Assembly: GCF_009914755.1 (NCBI RefSeq)
Contig: NC_060941.1
Direction: 5' to 3' (one strand)
DNA length: 64,000 nucleotides
Source of the DNA: the human T2T-CHM13v2.0 reference genome, Homo sapiens
Shown here in pieces: positions 29,840 to 43,760 of the stretch. The notes under the pieces were generated by a model that did not search any database, had not been told where the DNA came from, and worked only from the letters and a program-made list of their open reading frames with translations. How positions within the stretch are numbered: position 1 is the first letter of the stretch; each line of letters starts with the position of its first letter. The position numbers were made by a program, and so were the translations under genes.

Positions 29840-31635
29840 GTAGTCACGGCTTCGAATCTTTTACCTCTAATTCCCTCCTTCCCACTCCACTGAGCCTACT
29901 CTCCACAATGTCACCAGTGACCTCCATGTTGTCACCAAATCCAAGGGCATCTGTCTCTCTTCTAGAGTCGTTGGCCAGCCAGCAACATTCAATGTCCCCT
30001 TTTTCCAGAAACCATGACTGCTCTGGGCTCCCATGACATCTCATGGGTTTTCTCAAGTAGTCACCTTTTTGGATCATCCTCTGTGTGTTCTTAAATGTCA
30101 CAGTGCCCAGAGCTCACTCCTGCCCCACCTCTTTTCTATCTACTCACTCCCTGTAGTGGCCTGACCCTGTTCCATAGCTTCAGACATTCTCTATTCCCAA
30201 TGACTCTAAATTAATATCTCTAGCCCTGACCTGTCCCAGCTCTCCAGACCCATGGCCACCTGGCTACCTATCATCCCTATGCTGATGCTCAGGAGGAATC
30301 TAACGAATCTAATGACTCATTTTCTTCGCTTCCAAAAACAAAACTAGACCTGCTCTCCATAACTCATTTTAATAAATGGTACCACCATCTATCATCCTGT
30401 TGCTTACACCCCAAAATCTAGGATTCTCAAGTCCACACACCTTCCACATCCAATTCCTCTCACCTATCAGTTCTATCTCTAAAACATCCTGATCCATCCA
30501 CATTTTCCTTCTCCACTGCTGCCATGCTGTTCCCTACATTATTACGATGATCTTCTTGTTCCACTTTTCATCCCCTCCAATTCATTCTCACATTGCAGCC
30601 AGAGGGAACTTATAAAACATCCATCAAATTATGTCAGCCTTGTAACTAAAATCATCCCAAGGCTTTGCACTACTCCTAGAAAAACCAACCCAAACCATTT
30701 ACCCTAATTCATAAAGCAATAAAGCCTGCCTCTGACTACCTCACCTTACACTGTTTTCTGCTCTTCCCCTCCAGCCACCCTGACCTTCTAGCTCTGTGCT
30801 GTCCAATGCAGGAGACTCTGGCCACATACGGCTATTTAAAGTTAAAATTAAATTAATTGAAACTCAAATAGAATGCAAACATGCCATGCGTATTCCTACC
30901 CGACGCCGTTGGTAAGGCGTCTCCCTCTGCTTGGAGCACCTGCCCTGCTTTTAGGGGGAAGCCACACCTTCTCTTGCCTTCCAGGTGTGGTGTGGCTCAG
31001 GTGGTGGCTCCTCCACAAACACCGGCCCCTCCTCTGATCTTCTCCAGCACCTGCCTGCAGCCCAGCTTTGACTCTTATTCAAACTCAAATAAAATTCAGT
31101 TCCTTGGTCTCACTAGCCATTTTGCAAGTGCTCAGCGGTCCCATGTGACTAGTGGCTACCATGTTAGATGGTACAGGCCTAGAGCATCCCTGTCCCTGCA
31201 GAAATTTCTATTGGACTGTGCTGTTCTAGCATTCCCAGGATGAGGCAGGTCTGATCTTGCATCACACTTTTGCACTTGCTGTCACCTCTGCCTGGAATGC
31301 TGTTCCCCTTCCCCTCCCTGTGGCCAGCTGCTTCTTGTCATCCAGACAACAGTTTAAGCGTCACCGCTCCAGAGAGGCCTTCCCTAAGCTCCCAATCCAA
31401 AGAAGCCACCCACTTCCTCCCAATCGCATGAGCCCGTGTAACTGCAGAGCACGTATCACTAGCTCATGCCTTTCTTGTTTGCGTCTGTCAGCTTATTCCC
31501 CAACTCTACCCCACCTCTCCACCCCAAAGTATACTCGTGAGATCAGGGACCTGGGTAGTCTTACTCACCACTGCATTCCAGCTCCTCCTCCTGCATCTGC
31601 CCGATGACTCTGCTCAGTAAGTGTTAGTGGACTGC
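29840..31635 (+). mobile_element. L2 fragments interrupted by MER3
   Basis: cattctcacattgcagccagaggga, tttgcacttgctgtcacctctgcctggaatgc, gctcagtaagtgttagtgga. Confidence 0.7.
30795..31225 (-). mobile_element. MER3 DNA transposon interrupted by an insert of about 200 bp (30871-31082)
   Basis: ctgtgctgtccaat...ggctatttaaagttaaaattaaattaa | aaaattcagttcc...agtggctacc...tttctattggactgtgctg. Confidence 0.85.
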
Positions 31636-32139
31636 CAGACCTTGCCATGTTCGTATTTCCTCTCGAGTCTCTCACAACCATCACCTTCTCATCGTTATCC
31701 CTGCCACCACCCAGGCGGGGCCTTTATCCTCTCCTCCTGGGCAGTACTATAAACAGAATCCTACCTCTGCCCTCCAGTCAACCCTGCAAACATTAGCACG
31801 TTACTCCTACTAACATTCCTCTTGTCATATCAACTCCCGGTTCCTCCATCTTCTGGTCCCAAATAGCCTCCACATCCCCAAAAGTGCCATGCGTATTCCT
31901 ACCTCGGTGCTGCTGGTAAGGCCTCTCCCTCTGCTTGGAGCACCTGCCCTGCTTCTCAGGGAAGGCCACACCTTCTCTTACCTTCCAGGTGTGGCTCGGG
32001 TGGCGGCTCCTCCACAGACACCGGCCCCTCCTCTGATCTTCTCCAGCACCTGTCTGCAGCCCAGCTTTGGCTCTTACTCAAGAAGTCTCACATCCCATGT
32101 GCAGGCACACAGATAATCCCCAAGACCATGTCTAAAATT

Positions 32140-32290
32140 CAACAGTCTCAAACTTTGCTGAGGATCAGAATCACCGGGAGAGCTAATGAAGAACACACAG
32201 GTCCAGGCTCACGGAAGCAGGATAGAGTCTGAATCTCTGTACTTTTTCCACCTTCCTTAGGAGATTTGAGATTTGCATCTTTAGAGCATT
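32140..32290. mobile_element. MER5-like DNA transposon fragment
   Basis: tctcaaactttgctgaggatcagaatcaccgggagagct. Confidence 0.55.
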
Positions 32291-32475
32291 AGACCTTCAA
32301 CATGAATAGCTCAACCTCTCTTCATCCTCGCTCCCACCCACACACCCTTCCCAGCCTCTAGTTAAAGATCACTTAACCAATTCCAGCAACTCAGAACTCC
32401 TGGGGAGTGACCGACTTGGCGAATAACGTCCTCTCACACAAACCTGCTCTTCTTCAATTATTAAAAGGTACCCGC

Positions 32476-32952
32476 TGTGGTAGGCTTGAAAGTGCCCCCC
32501 CCCCAAATATATTAATATCTTAATCACCAGAACCTGTGAATGTTACCTTATATGGCAAAAGGGACTTTGTAGGGCATGACTGACTTAAGGATTTTGAGGT
32601 GGGGGAGTTATTCTGGATTATCTGGGTAGGTTCTAAATGCAATCACAGGGTCTAAGAGGAAGACAAGGTCAAAGAAGAAAGAAGCTGATGCCACAGTCCC
32701 ACTGGACTGTGGTAAGGTGGTTCCTTACACCAAGGTGGAAACAGGCGCCAAGGAAGGAGTTCAAGAGGATGAAAACAGGAAGGAACAGATTCTCCTTGGA
32801 GCTTCCAGAAGGACCAGCCCTGCCGACACCTTAATTTTTAGCCTTGTAAAACTCATTTCAGACTTTGGATCCTTAGAACTATGAGTAAATAAATGCATTT
32901 TAAGTCACTGCATTTGTGGCATTCGTTACAGCAGCAATGGGAAACTAACACA
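32476..32952 (+). mobile_element. MLT1D-like MaLR LTR
   Basis: tgtggtaggc...aacctgtgaatgttaccttatatggcaaaagggactttg...gttacagcagcaatgggaaactaacaca. Confidence 0.88.
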
Positions 32953-33019
32953 CTTCCTCTTACATAACACTACAAGGTGAAGTTCTACTTTGTCTGTCTT
33001 GCTGGGCCTCCATTAACCT

Positions 33020-34181
33020 TTATAGGAACGGCCCCAGGTTCAAGAGGCCAAAGACGAGACACAGAGCCAGCCAATGAGACACAGGGTTTTATCAGCTGGA
33101 AACTTACATACAGAGTGGTCCAGTGGTGGCAGGCTGGGAAGGAGAAGTAGCTTATATACAGTCCAGTGGTGGCGGGCTGGGCAGGAGAACTGCCTTACAC
33201 ACAGTCCAGTGGTGGCGGGCTGGGCAGGAGAACTACCTTACACATAGTCCAGTGGCAGGCTGAGCAGGGGAACCACCTTACACACAGTCCAGTGGTGGTG
33301 AGCTGGTTAGGGAAACCGCCTTACACACAGTCCAGTGGGGGGCTGGGCAGGAGAACCGCCTTACACAGTCCAGTGGTGGTGGGCTGGGCAGGAGAACTAC
33401 CTTACACACAGTCCAGTGGTGGCAGGCTGAGCAGGGGAACCACCTTACACACAGTCCACTGGTGGTGAGCTGGTTAGGGAAACCGCCTTACACACAGTCC
33501 AGTGAGGGGCTGGGCAGGAGAACCGCCTTACACACAGTCCAGTAGGGGACTGGGTAGGAGAACCACCTTACACACAGTCCAGTAGGGGACTGGGCAGGGG
33601 AACTGCCTTACACAGTCCAGTGGTGGTGGGCTGGTTAGGGAAACCGCCTTACACACAGTCCAGTGGGAGCTGGGCAGGAGAACCACCTTACACACAGTCC
33701 CAGTGGGGGACTGGGCAAGAGAATCACTTTACCACAGTCCAGTGGAGGGCTTGGCAGGGGAACCACCTTACCATAGTCCAGAGGGGGTCTGGGCAAGAGA
33801 ATCACTGTACCACAGTCCAGTGGCGGGCTGGGCTGGAGAACCACATGGCCCAGCGTGGCCAGCTAGGCAGGAGAACTGCAAGCACTTGCCTGAAGCATGC
33901 AGTTTATAGAGCATTTTTGCTTTGCATCCTCTCCCTAACAACCTCCACCTGGCAACCTTCATTTAACCCAAAAGAAAGGGCCTTGGTCCTCCATATGGCC
34001 TGTGTTCCACTGGACGGGCCAAGGGCTCAGATGTTTCTCATAGGTAAGGAATGAATCTCTGAGTTGGCCACTGCCTGATTCTTTAGCATGGAAATCCACA
34101 CACACATTCTGGTGCATCTACCACACAGGGTCGTTCTCAGGGTATGCTTAACTTATTGCTGTCAAGTGTGTCTACCATGCA
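33020..34181 (-). mobile_element. Solo ERVL-class LTR (LTR32-like, tentative) expanded by an internal VNTR
   Basis: Reverse complement starts TGCATGGTAGACACACTTGACAGCAATAAGTTAAGCATACCCTGAGAA; poly(A)-signal-like region near 33085. Confidence 0.7.
33104..33878. repeat. GC-rich minisatellite (VNTR), about 18-19 copies of a 39-43 bp unit
   Basis: Unit approximately CCTTACACACAGTCCAGTGG(TGG)NGGGCTGGGCAGGAGAACCG, counted by eye. Confidence 0.95.
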
Positions 34182-35339
34182 CTGTGATTTTCTATTTAAT
34201 GCATGCCCCAGTGAGCATTTTCTTTGAGCATCATATAGTCCTGAAAAAGTTTCAGATTTTGGAGGATCTGTCTTTGTATTTAGCTCAGATATTTAAAAAT
34301 TGCACTGCAGAGTAACCAGATAGCATGACGTTCATATAAAAACAGGCACGTAGACCAATGGAACAGAATAGAGAATCCAGAAATAAATCCATGTATTTAC
34401 AGCCAACTGAGTTTCAACAAAAGCACCAAGAATACACATTGAGGAAAGGACAGTCTCTTCAATCAGGGGTGTTGAGGAAACTGGATATCCATACGTAGAG
34501 GAACAAAACTGGACCCCTATCTCTCACCATATACAAAAATCAACTCAAGATGGATTAAAGACTTAAACTAAGGCTCGAAACTATAAAACTACTAGAAAGA
34601 ACACTTCAGGACATTGGTCTAGGCAAAGATTTTACAGTTAAGACCTCAAAAGCACAGACAACAAAACCAAAAATAGACAAATGGGCCCATATTAAACTAA
34701 AAAGGTTTTACAAAGCAAAGGAAACAGTCAACAAAGTGGAAAGACAATCTATTGAATGGGAGAGAATATTTGAAAACTATTTATCTGATGAGGGACTAAT
34801 AGCCAGAATATACAAGGAACTCAACAGCAAAAAAAATTTAAAAAAATAAAAATAAATAAAAATAAAATAACCATTAAAAAGTAGGCAAAGGGCATGAATA
34901 GACATTCTCAACAGAAGACATACAAATTGCTAACAGGCATATAAAAAAATACCCAACATCACTAATCACCAGGGAAATTCAAATTAAAACCACAACGAGC
35001 TATCATCTTACGCCAGAGTTAGAACGGGTATGCCTGGCTTATTTAACTTAAGGTAACATAATAACCTCCAGTTCCATTCATGTTGCTGCTAATGACAGCC
35101 GTTAGAACAGCTATCATTAAAAAGATAAAAAATATCATTAAAAAGATAAAAAATAACAGATACTGCCAAGGATGAGGAAAGATGGGATCTCTTGTACACT
35201 ACTGGTGGGAATGCAAATTGGTACAGCCACTGGGGAAACCAGTACAGAGACTTCTCAGAAAACTAAAAATAGAACAACCATACCATCCAGCAATCCCACT
35301 GCTGGGTATTTATCCAAACAAAAAGAAATCAGGATATCA

Positions 35340-35816
<477 letters not shown>

Positions 35817-36178
35817 TTACTGCAGCATGATTCACAATAGCAAAATTATGGAATCAACCTAAGTGTCCATCAATGGACAAGTGGATAAAAAAATGCGGTA
35901 TATATACACCGTGGAATTCTATTCAGCATGAAAAAGAAAGAAATCATGTCATTAGCAGCAACATGAACGGAACTGGAGGTTATTATGTTAAGTTAAATAA
36001 GCCAGGCATAGAAAGACAAAGATCAGTGTTCTCACTGATATGTAGGAGCTAAAAAAGTTGCTCTCGTGGAGATGAGAGTAGATAGTTAACTAGAGGCTAG
36101 GAAGGGTGTGTGGGAAAGAGGGGGGATGAAGAGAGTTTGGTTAAGGGGTACAAACATACAGTTAGACAGAAGATGTAA

Positions 36179-36484
36179 GTTCTTTTCTTTTTTTTTAAGA
36201 CGGAGTCTCGCTGTGACACCCAGGCTGAAGTGCAATGGCGCAATCTTGGCTCACGGCAACCTCCGTCTCCCGGGTTCAACCAATTCTTCTGTCTAAGCCT
36301 CAGCCTCCCAAGTAGTTGGGACTACAGGTGCATGTCACCACGTCTGGCTGATTTTTGTATTTTTAGTAGAGACGGTGTTTCACCATATTGGTCAGGCTGG
36401 TCTCGAACTCCTGACCTCAAGTGATCTGCCCGCCTCAGCCTCCCAAAGTGCTGGGATTACAGGCATGAGCCACTGCGCCCAGCC
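36179..36484 (-). mobile_element. Alu (AluSx-type)
   Basis: TSD agaagat(gt/ac)aag. Confidence 0.95.
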
Positions 36485-36831
36485 AGAAGATACAAGTTCT
36501 AAAGTTGGATAGCAGAGCAGAGGGATTATAGTTAGCAACAATATATCACACATTTTGAAACAGCTAGAAGAATGTTTGTTCCCAACACACAGCAATGACT
36601 GACGCTAAGGTTATGGATACCCCAAATACCCTGACTTATCAATTATTATACATTCTATACATGCAACCAAATATCACATCTACCCCATAAATATGTAAAA
36701 CATTACGCGTCGATTAAAAAGTAAAATAACACAAGATGCTCTATTTAGACAGGGCTAGTTTGCTTTGGTGTCCACAACTTGTAGGTCAGTAACTGCTGTG
36801 TACATCTATGGATATCAAAAGTCCTTAAGGG

Positions 36832-37426
<595 letters not shown>

Positions 37427-37645
37427 CTATATTCCAAGGGAATTGCGACCCTCCTTGGTGGGTCTGGCAGCCTAACCCCAATTGTGTTTCCAATAGGCGA
37501 AATTCGGGAGTTCCAAAATTGGACCAGGTCATGGGGCCTGGATACCCTGATGAAGAACTGCTGCCGTGTTTCGACTTGAGGAAACCTAGACCAGATACAC
37601 TCTGCTTCTTAGACTCTTATTTTCATGCTAAAAGCATACAGTTTA

Positions 37646-37820
37646 GACCTGTGCTCTCCCATATGGTAGTCAGTGGACACATACAGCCCCTCAATATAAA
37701 TTAATCCAAATGAAAGAACCACTTCCGCAGTTGCACCAGCCACATGTTAGTGGCTACCGTACTGGGCGTCACAAAAGTAGAACATTGCCATCCTCAGAGA
37801 GTTCTACTGGGCTGTGCTGC
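37646..37820 (-). mobile_element. MER3/MER33-like DNA transposon
   Basis: agccacatgttagtggctaccgtactgg...tagaacattgccatc...agttctactgggctgtgctg. Confidence 0.75.
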
Positions 37821-38167
37821 CTGAGGGCATCTCTCCAGGCATTCTTTGCTACAGCTTCACCTCCAGCTCCCTGACTTAGAAAAGCCTGGGAGCAGAGAAA
37901 TGCTGTCACTGCATCCAATTCCACCGTGGATGCATCCTCGAGCACGTGACCGAAGACACACAGCGAGGGATGCTTTCCAGGGGTGTTTGCCCACGTGTGG
38001 GGCTTTTCACTGAAAAGACTCTATCTTTGGAAAGGGAGAGGCAGAAGACACAGAACACTGGAAAACAAGAGGAAGACTCAGGCAGGAGCAAGGTAGGGCA
38101 GATGGAGATGAGAGAGAGGAGGGAAGTAGGAAAAGATAATAGGAGTAGCATGTAGAAAATGGAGTCT

Positions 38168-38597
38168 AGCCGGGCGCGGTGTCTCACGCCTGTAATCCCA
38201 GCACTTTCAGAGGCTGAGGTGGGTGGATCACCTGAGGTGAGGAGTTCGAGACCAGCCTGACCAACATGGAGAAACCCCAACTCTACTAAAAATACAAAAT
38301 TAGCCGGGCATGGTGGCACATGCCTGTAATCCCAGCTACTCAGGAGGCTGAATTCAGCAGGAGAATTGCTTGAACCTGGGAGGCAGAGGTTGTGGTGAGC
38401 TGAGATCATACCAGTGCACTCCAGCCTGGGCCATGAGAGTGAAACTGCATCTCAAAAACAAACAAAGAAAAGAAAAAAGAAAGAAAGAAAGAGAGAAAGA
38501 GAAAGAAAGAAAAGAAAAGAGAGAGAAAAGGAAGAAAGAGGGAAGGAAGGAAAGAAAGAAAAGAAAAGAAAAAAAGAAAAAGAAAAGAGAAAAGAGA
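38168..38597 (+). mobile_element. AluSp-type with expanded (GAAA)-rich tail (38464-38597)
   Basis: cctgaccaacatggagaaaccc; purine tail. Confidence 0.93.
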
Positions 38598-38874
38598 GTC
38601 CAGTAGTGTCATCACAAGTAGAAAATTCAAGTGTTGCAAAGGATTCTTTCCCTTAAGATCTATATGTAAAACAACCGACTGGCCTGCAGAGAGGCTAGAC
38701 CAAGTCCACCCAACGATCTGCAAGACAGAGGGTCCTCTGAGGGTCCACTCCCTATGGCCCAGGGAAGCAGAGAGGGACCCCATCCACTCACTGCCTGCAT
38801 GGGAGGCTGCAATAGAGTGGGGGAGCCATGGGAGAGAAATTCAACAGAAAGTAAAGACAAACTTTTCCAAGCAG

Positions 38875-39590
38875 AAATTAAAAAAAAATCTGAAAGTGCA
38901 CGATGCTGGCAAGGCTATGGGAAAGCAGGCACTCCTACTCGCTGCTAGCAGAAGTGTAAGCTAGAACAGTCTTGTTAGAGGCAATCTGGCCCTTTCTGTC
39001 AAAACTACAAACACATATATTCTTTGTTCCAACCTTTCAACCTCAGAAACTTGCCCTTCAGAGACCCTCACCCACGTGCAGAATGATGGATATACGAGGC
39101 TATCCACAGCAGCAACAGGTAAAGGTAACAGAGAAAGATTAGAAGCAACCTTTATGCCCATTGGTGAAATGAGTGGGGCAGGCATTAAACAGGAGGAGGA
39201 AGCTCTTCCTATTGACTAAACTCCAAGATATGTTATATGATTTAACAAAAAGCATCAGTAGCACCAGCAAGGTGCAGAAGTATAGAGGGGATACCTGTGT
39301 TCAGAAAACCACAGAGATCGCATTTTTCCGCCCCCTACAACTTGTGCCTCTCACTTCCCGACACACGGTTTCCTGGGTTAAGGAAAATAAAATGAAACAT
39401 ATTTGGAAATTCCTGGACTACTTCTGGAAGTACCCACAAGAAACTGATCACTTGTTTGCCACTCGGGAAGGGAACTGATAGGTTGAGGACAGGGATGGGA
39501 AGGAGACCAACTTTTCACTCTACGTTTTTTGTACCTTTCAGATATCAGACCTGAGCATATATTACCTATTTGATAAGTATAAAATTAACA
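38875..39590 (+). mobile_element. Old L1ME-type fragment with a 66 bp insert at 39309-39374
   Basis: tgctggcaaggctatgggaaagcaggcactc...gaggcaatctggc...acaagaaactga...acttttcactctacgttttttgtacc. Confidence 0.7.
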
Positions 39591-39616
39591 GATATACTTT
39601 TGGGTATACATACTGA

Positions 39617-39937
<321 letters not shown>

Positions 39938-40409
39938 TTTTCCGTCAATGCTACAGTCTCACTGGGAAGGAAGCCAGTGCCTGCCAGGTGAGTGGGCCCA
40001 GGTTACCAGAGCACACAGCCCTGTGCTCCCAAGATGCAACAGGCCCCTCGTTGTGCCCTGCCCTGCAATCTGGTTCTTCAGAAGAGGAGTTCCCAAATAC
40101 CTGGTCCTCTGCAAATCTGAGCTGTAAACAAGCCTTGGAAAGGTCCTCCCCTTACCTAAATCCCAGCTTCAGGGTCCCGTTTCTGACTGGGGTGCCACCA
40201 CCAAAGGCAGGGTATACACAGCCACCGAGTGATCCTCTGCCTGCTTCTCACTCCAGGGAAGAAAATCAAAGCAGGTCCCATGGCTGCCGTCTGATAATCA
40301 CTATGGACACCACACACCAGCCAGCATCAGGGCTGTGTCCAATTAGCCACCCCCATAACAACACCATAGCAACAAAGGTAATATTATTGTTCTAAAGAGA
40401 AGAGAAAAA

Positions 40410-40445
<36 letters not shown>
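40410..40445. repeat. (CA)n microsatellite, about 17 units
   Basis: Directly visible. Confidence 0.97.
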
Positions 40446-40447
<2 letters not shown>

Positions 40448-40730
40448 TGTTGTGTGACAGCTTTGAAAGCCACAGAGATCGCATTTTTCCACACCCTAGA
40501 ACTTGTGCCTCTCACTTCCCGACACACAGTTTCCTCAATGAGAAGTCACAGGCTTGGGGCAATCTCCTCTTCACGCCATTCCAAGATGCGTGTCCTTCAC
40601 AGGAAACTGGCATGAGAATGATTCTCTGGCAAGCCAGGAGTCAGGGCTGCCTCCTCGCTCTGCCTCTGTGGCTGGCAGGGCTGGGCCAGCTGCAGACCAA
40701 CAGGCTGGGGGTCATGCTCCAAGCTGTCCT

Positions 40731-40765
40731 CTGTCTGTCTGTCTGTCTGGCTGGCTGGCTGGCTG
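40731..40765. repeat. Compound (CTGT)n(CTGG)n tetranucleotide repeat
   Basis: ctgtctgtctgtctgtctggctggctggctggctg. Confidence 0.9.
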
Positions 40766-41740
40766 CCTCTCTGTGCCAGACCCAAGCTGGCACTGGGGTT
40801 TTGGTGGTTGCATCAATGAGCCACACGCTAATCTCCAGACCTAAATGTGGAAAGCATTAACCCAAATGAAAAGACATAAATTAGGACGGGGGCTTATGGG
40901 ATGGAGGAAAACAGCTCTTCTCTGAGCGAGAGCCTGGGCTGTTGCACAAGAGCTGAGTGAGTCACCAGCCAGCAGAGGGAAGGACCAGGGACGGAAGGAG
41001 GGAGGGGAGCCCCCCGTGGGACTGGCGGGTGCACAGGCGGGGGGAACGCTGCAAAAACACAGCTGTAGGTTCATAACTAAGCACACTTCATCAGCAGTCT
41101 GAAGGAGGGTGGGGGGCAAAGTGTCACCTCCTCCCCAACTCAGGAAGTGTTGCAACACGTGTCCTCCCCAGAGAAGACAGCAGAAAGAAGTGTTCCTAAC
41201 TGTTCACCCTTTACAGGCTGCAGCTGTGCCCCGGGGAAGCACACCTCAGCACAGAGAAGGCCTCTCTCATCCCTCCTTGCCCCTTCTTGGCAGTGTCCAT
41301 ACACTTGGGGGTCCCCTAGCATGAGGTGTCCATTGTGGGCACACAACTCTTGCCCATACTTATTACCATTTCTTGTCTTTTCTTCCTTTCCTTTTTCCAA
41401 ACTCCCCATCCTCCATACTACTGTTGTTAACAACAAGACAAATCCTTTGGTCTCCCCCGCCCCTAGTCCCTGGGGAGAACCTTATACCTTCCCTTAAAAC
41501 CGTGCCCCACTCACCAACCTCCCCAGCCATGACAGATTCCAAAGCTCCAATATCCAGGCAAATTCTTAGTACCTTCTACGAGTGAGGCACGCTGTCCCTG
41601 GGGGTGGCAGTGGAGAGAAGGAGCTCTCCCAAACAGATCATCCAACCAGGACTTCTGAGACTTAGAAGCCCTAGAAATTTGCTCAGCACCTTGGTGGGAC
41701 CCCTCACCTCTCCAGATCATCATCAAAATGAGGTTGGGTT

Positions 41741-42038
<298 letters not shown>

Positions 42039-42384
42039 TGTTGGGTTTAGAGATCAGCTGGGTCCCTTAGACTCTGACAGTGCTCATCTGTAAGAAATGC
42101 ATGGAACAAAATGAATACTCTCCAGAGTACCTGGCTGCTGCAGGGCTTACCCCGGGGAATGCAAGCTGAAGAAGAGTGCCCTGGGCTGAGCGGGTCTCTG
42201 CAACTGGCCGGGCTGCTCACAGCCACTGGGTGCTCAGGAAAGGTGACCAGCAGATAGCACCAGCCGCATCCTGCCAGGGAAGTCACTTACAGGAGAGCTC
42301 TTGCGGGTAGGGAGTGGGTCTGAAGTGGACTTAGAGGGCAGCTGGCAGAGACAATGGGAAGAGAAGGTATTCCAGACCAAGGAA

Positions 42385-43760
42385 TCATTCATTCATATTC
42401 ATTCATTTATTTATTCGACACAGGTTTCTTGAACACCTCTTATACACCAGACGCAGGTTTCGACACTGGGATACATCAGTTAACAAGACAAAGATCCATG
42501 CCTCAGGGAGCTTACATTCTAGCAGGGGAGATACACAACCCACAACAAGCCAGACAGACAGGTCAATGATCCAGTTTTGCTGGAAGGTGATAAATGATGA
42601 GGGGGGGAAAAGAAAAAACAGAGCAAAGGGGTGGACCTGCCAGAGTGAGTGAGAGACTGAAAGGAGATAAAGAGGTCTATTCATATCCTGAGGCTGCTGT
42701 AACAAATTCCCATACACTAACGGGCTTCAAACAATGAAAATTTATTATCTTACAGTTCTGGAGGTCAAAAGTCTGAAACAGGTTTCACAGGGCTAAAGTC
42801 AAGATGTCTGCAGGGCTGGCTGGTTCCTCCTGGAGGCTCTAGGAGAGAATCCATTTCTTTGCCTTTCTCAGCTTCTGGAGCCCACCCACTTTCCTTGGTT
42901 TTCGGCCCCTTCCTCTCGTCACTCAGCCTCTTGCTTCCAACATCACATCTCCTAACACTGATTCTGGCCCTCCTGCCTCCCTCTCATAAGGACCCTTGGC
43001 TTACACTGGGCCCACGTGGATAATCCAGGATTATCTCCCCATCTCCGGTTCTCAACTTAATCACAACTGCAAAATCCCATCTGCCACAGAAGGTAACATA
43101 TTCACAGGCTCCAGAGATTAGAAGGTAGACATCTTCAGGGGACCATTACTCAGCCCCCACAGGGAGTTGGGCTGCAAAGGCCCTGATGAGGAAGCATACC
43201 TGGAACATTTAAAGAAACACCACGGAAGGCGGAGGACAGAGGCAGGAGTGACACAGGAGTGAGACCAACGGGGAGGAGCAGGTGCTGAGGTCAGGACAGC
43301 AATGGGGACCCAATTATGTAGCACCTCATCAGCCACTGTAGGGCTTCCGCGTCTTCACTCTGCCGACATGGGGCACCACTGGACTGTGGTAAGCAGAAGC
43401 ACGATGTGTTCAGACCCTTCCAGTGAAAACAACAGACTAGGGACCAGCAGAGCAGCCAGGAGGCGCCTGCAACAGCCCGGCAGCATTGTGGTGGCAGCTG
43501 TGGCTCAGTCCAAGGCTACAGTGGTAGGGTGGTGAGAAGTGATCCTGTGTTTAAAGATCTGTTTTGCAAGAAGGGCCAACCTGCATTCTCAACATGCTGA
43601 ATGTGGAATGTGAGAAAAAAAGGGGAGTCAAGGTTTTTGCCTCCAGCGGCTGGAAGGACAAACTAGCCATTTACTGAGCTGTGAGAAGCCACTGTAGCCC
43701 AGACCTGGGCTAGGCAACTGCGTCCTGGACAGGACAAGTGGAGATGTCAAGGACACAGCT
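42385..43760 (-). mobile_element. L2 fragment (minus strand) interrupted by MLT1B
   Basis: cattcattcat...agcttacattctagcagggg; resumes near 43165 with ggccctga...tagccatttactgag. Confidence 0.65.
42676..43161 (-). mobile_element. MLT1B/C-like MaLR LTR
   Basis: gctgctgtaacaaatt...acagttctggaggtca...gataatccaggattatctcccc...aaggtaacatattcacagg. Confidence 0.88.

Noticed and set aside
33104-33878. CRISPR-like look (constant ccttacacacagtccagt core with variable segments)
   Set aside because: The variable parts are homologous to each other, the DNA is primate, and there are no cas genes. It is a minisatellite.
42326-42343. CTCF-like word ggacttagagggcagc (also weak matches near 25190 and 61355)
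   Set aside because: The 5' half mismatches the CCASYAG core; not supportable without a PWM scan or ChIP data.
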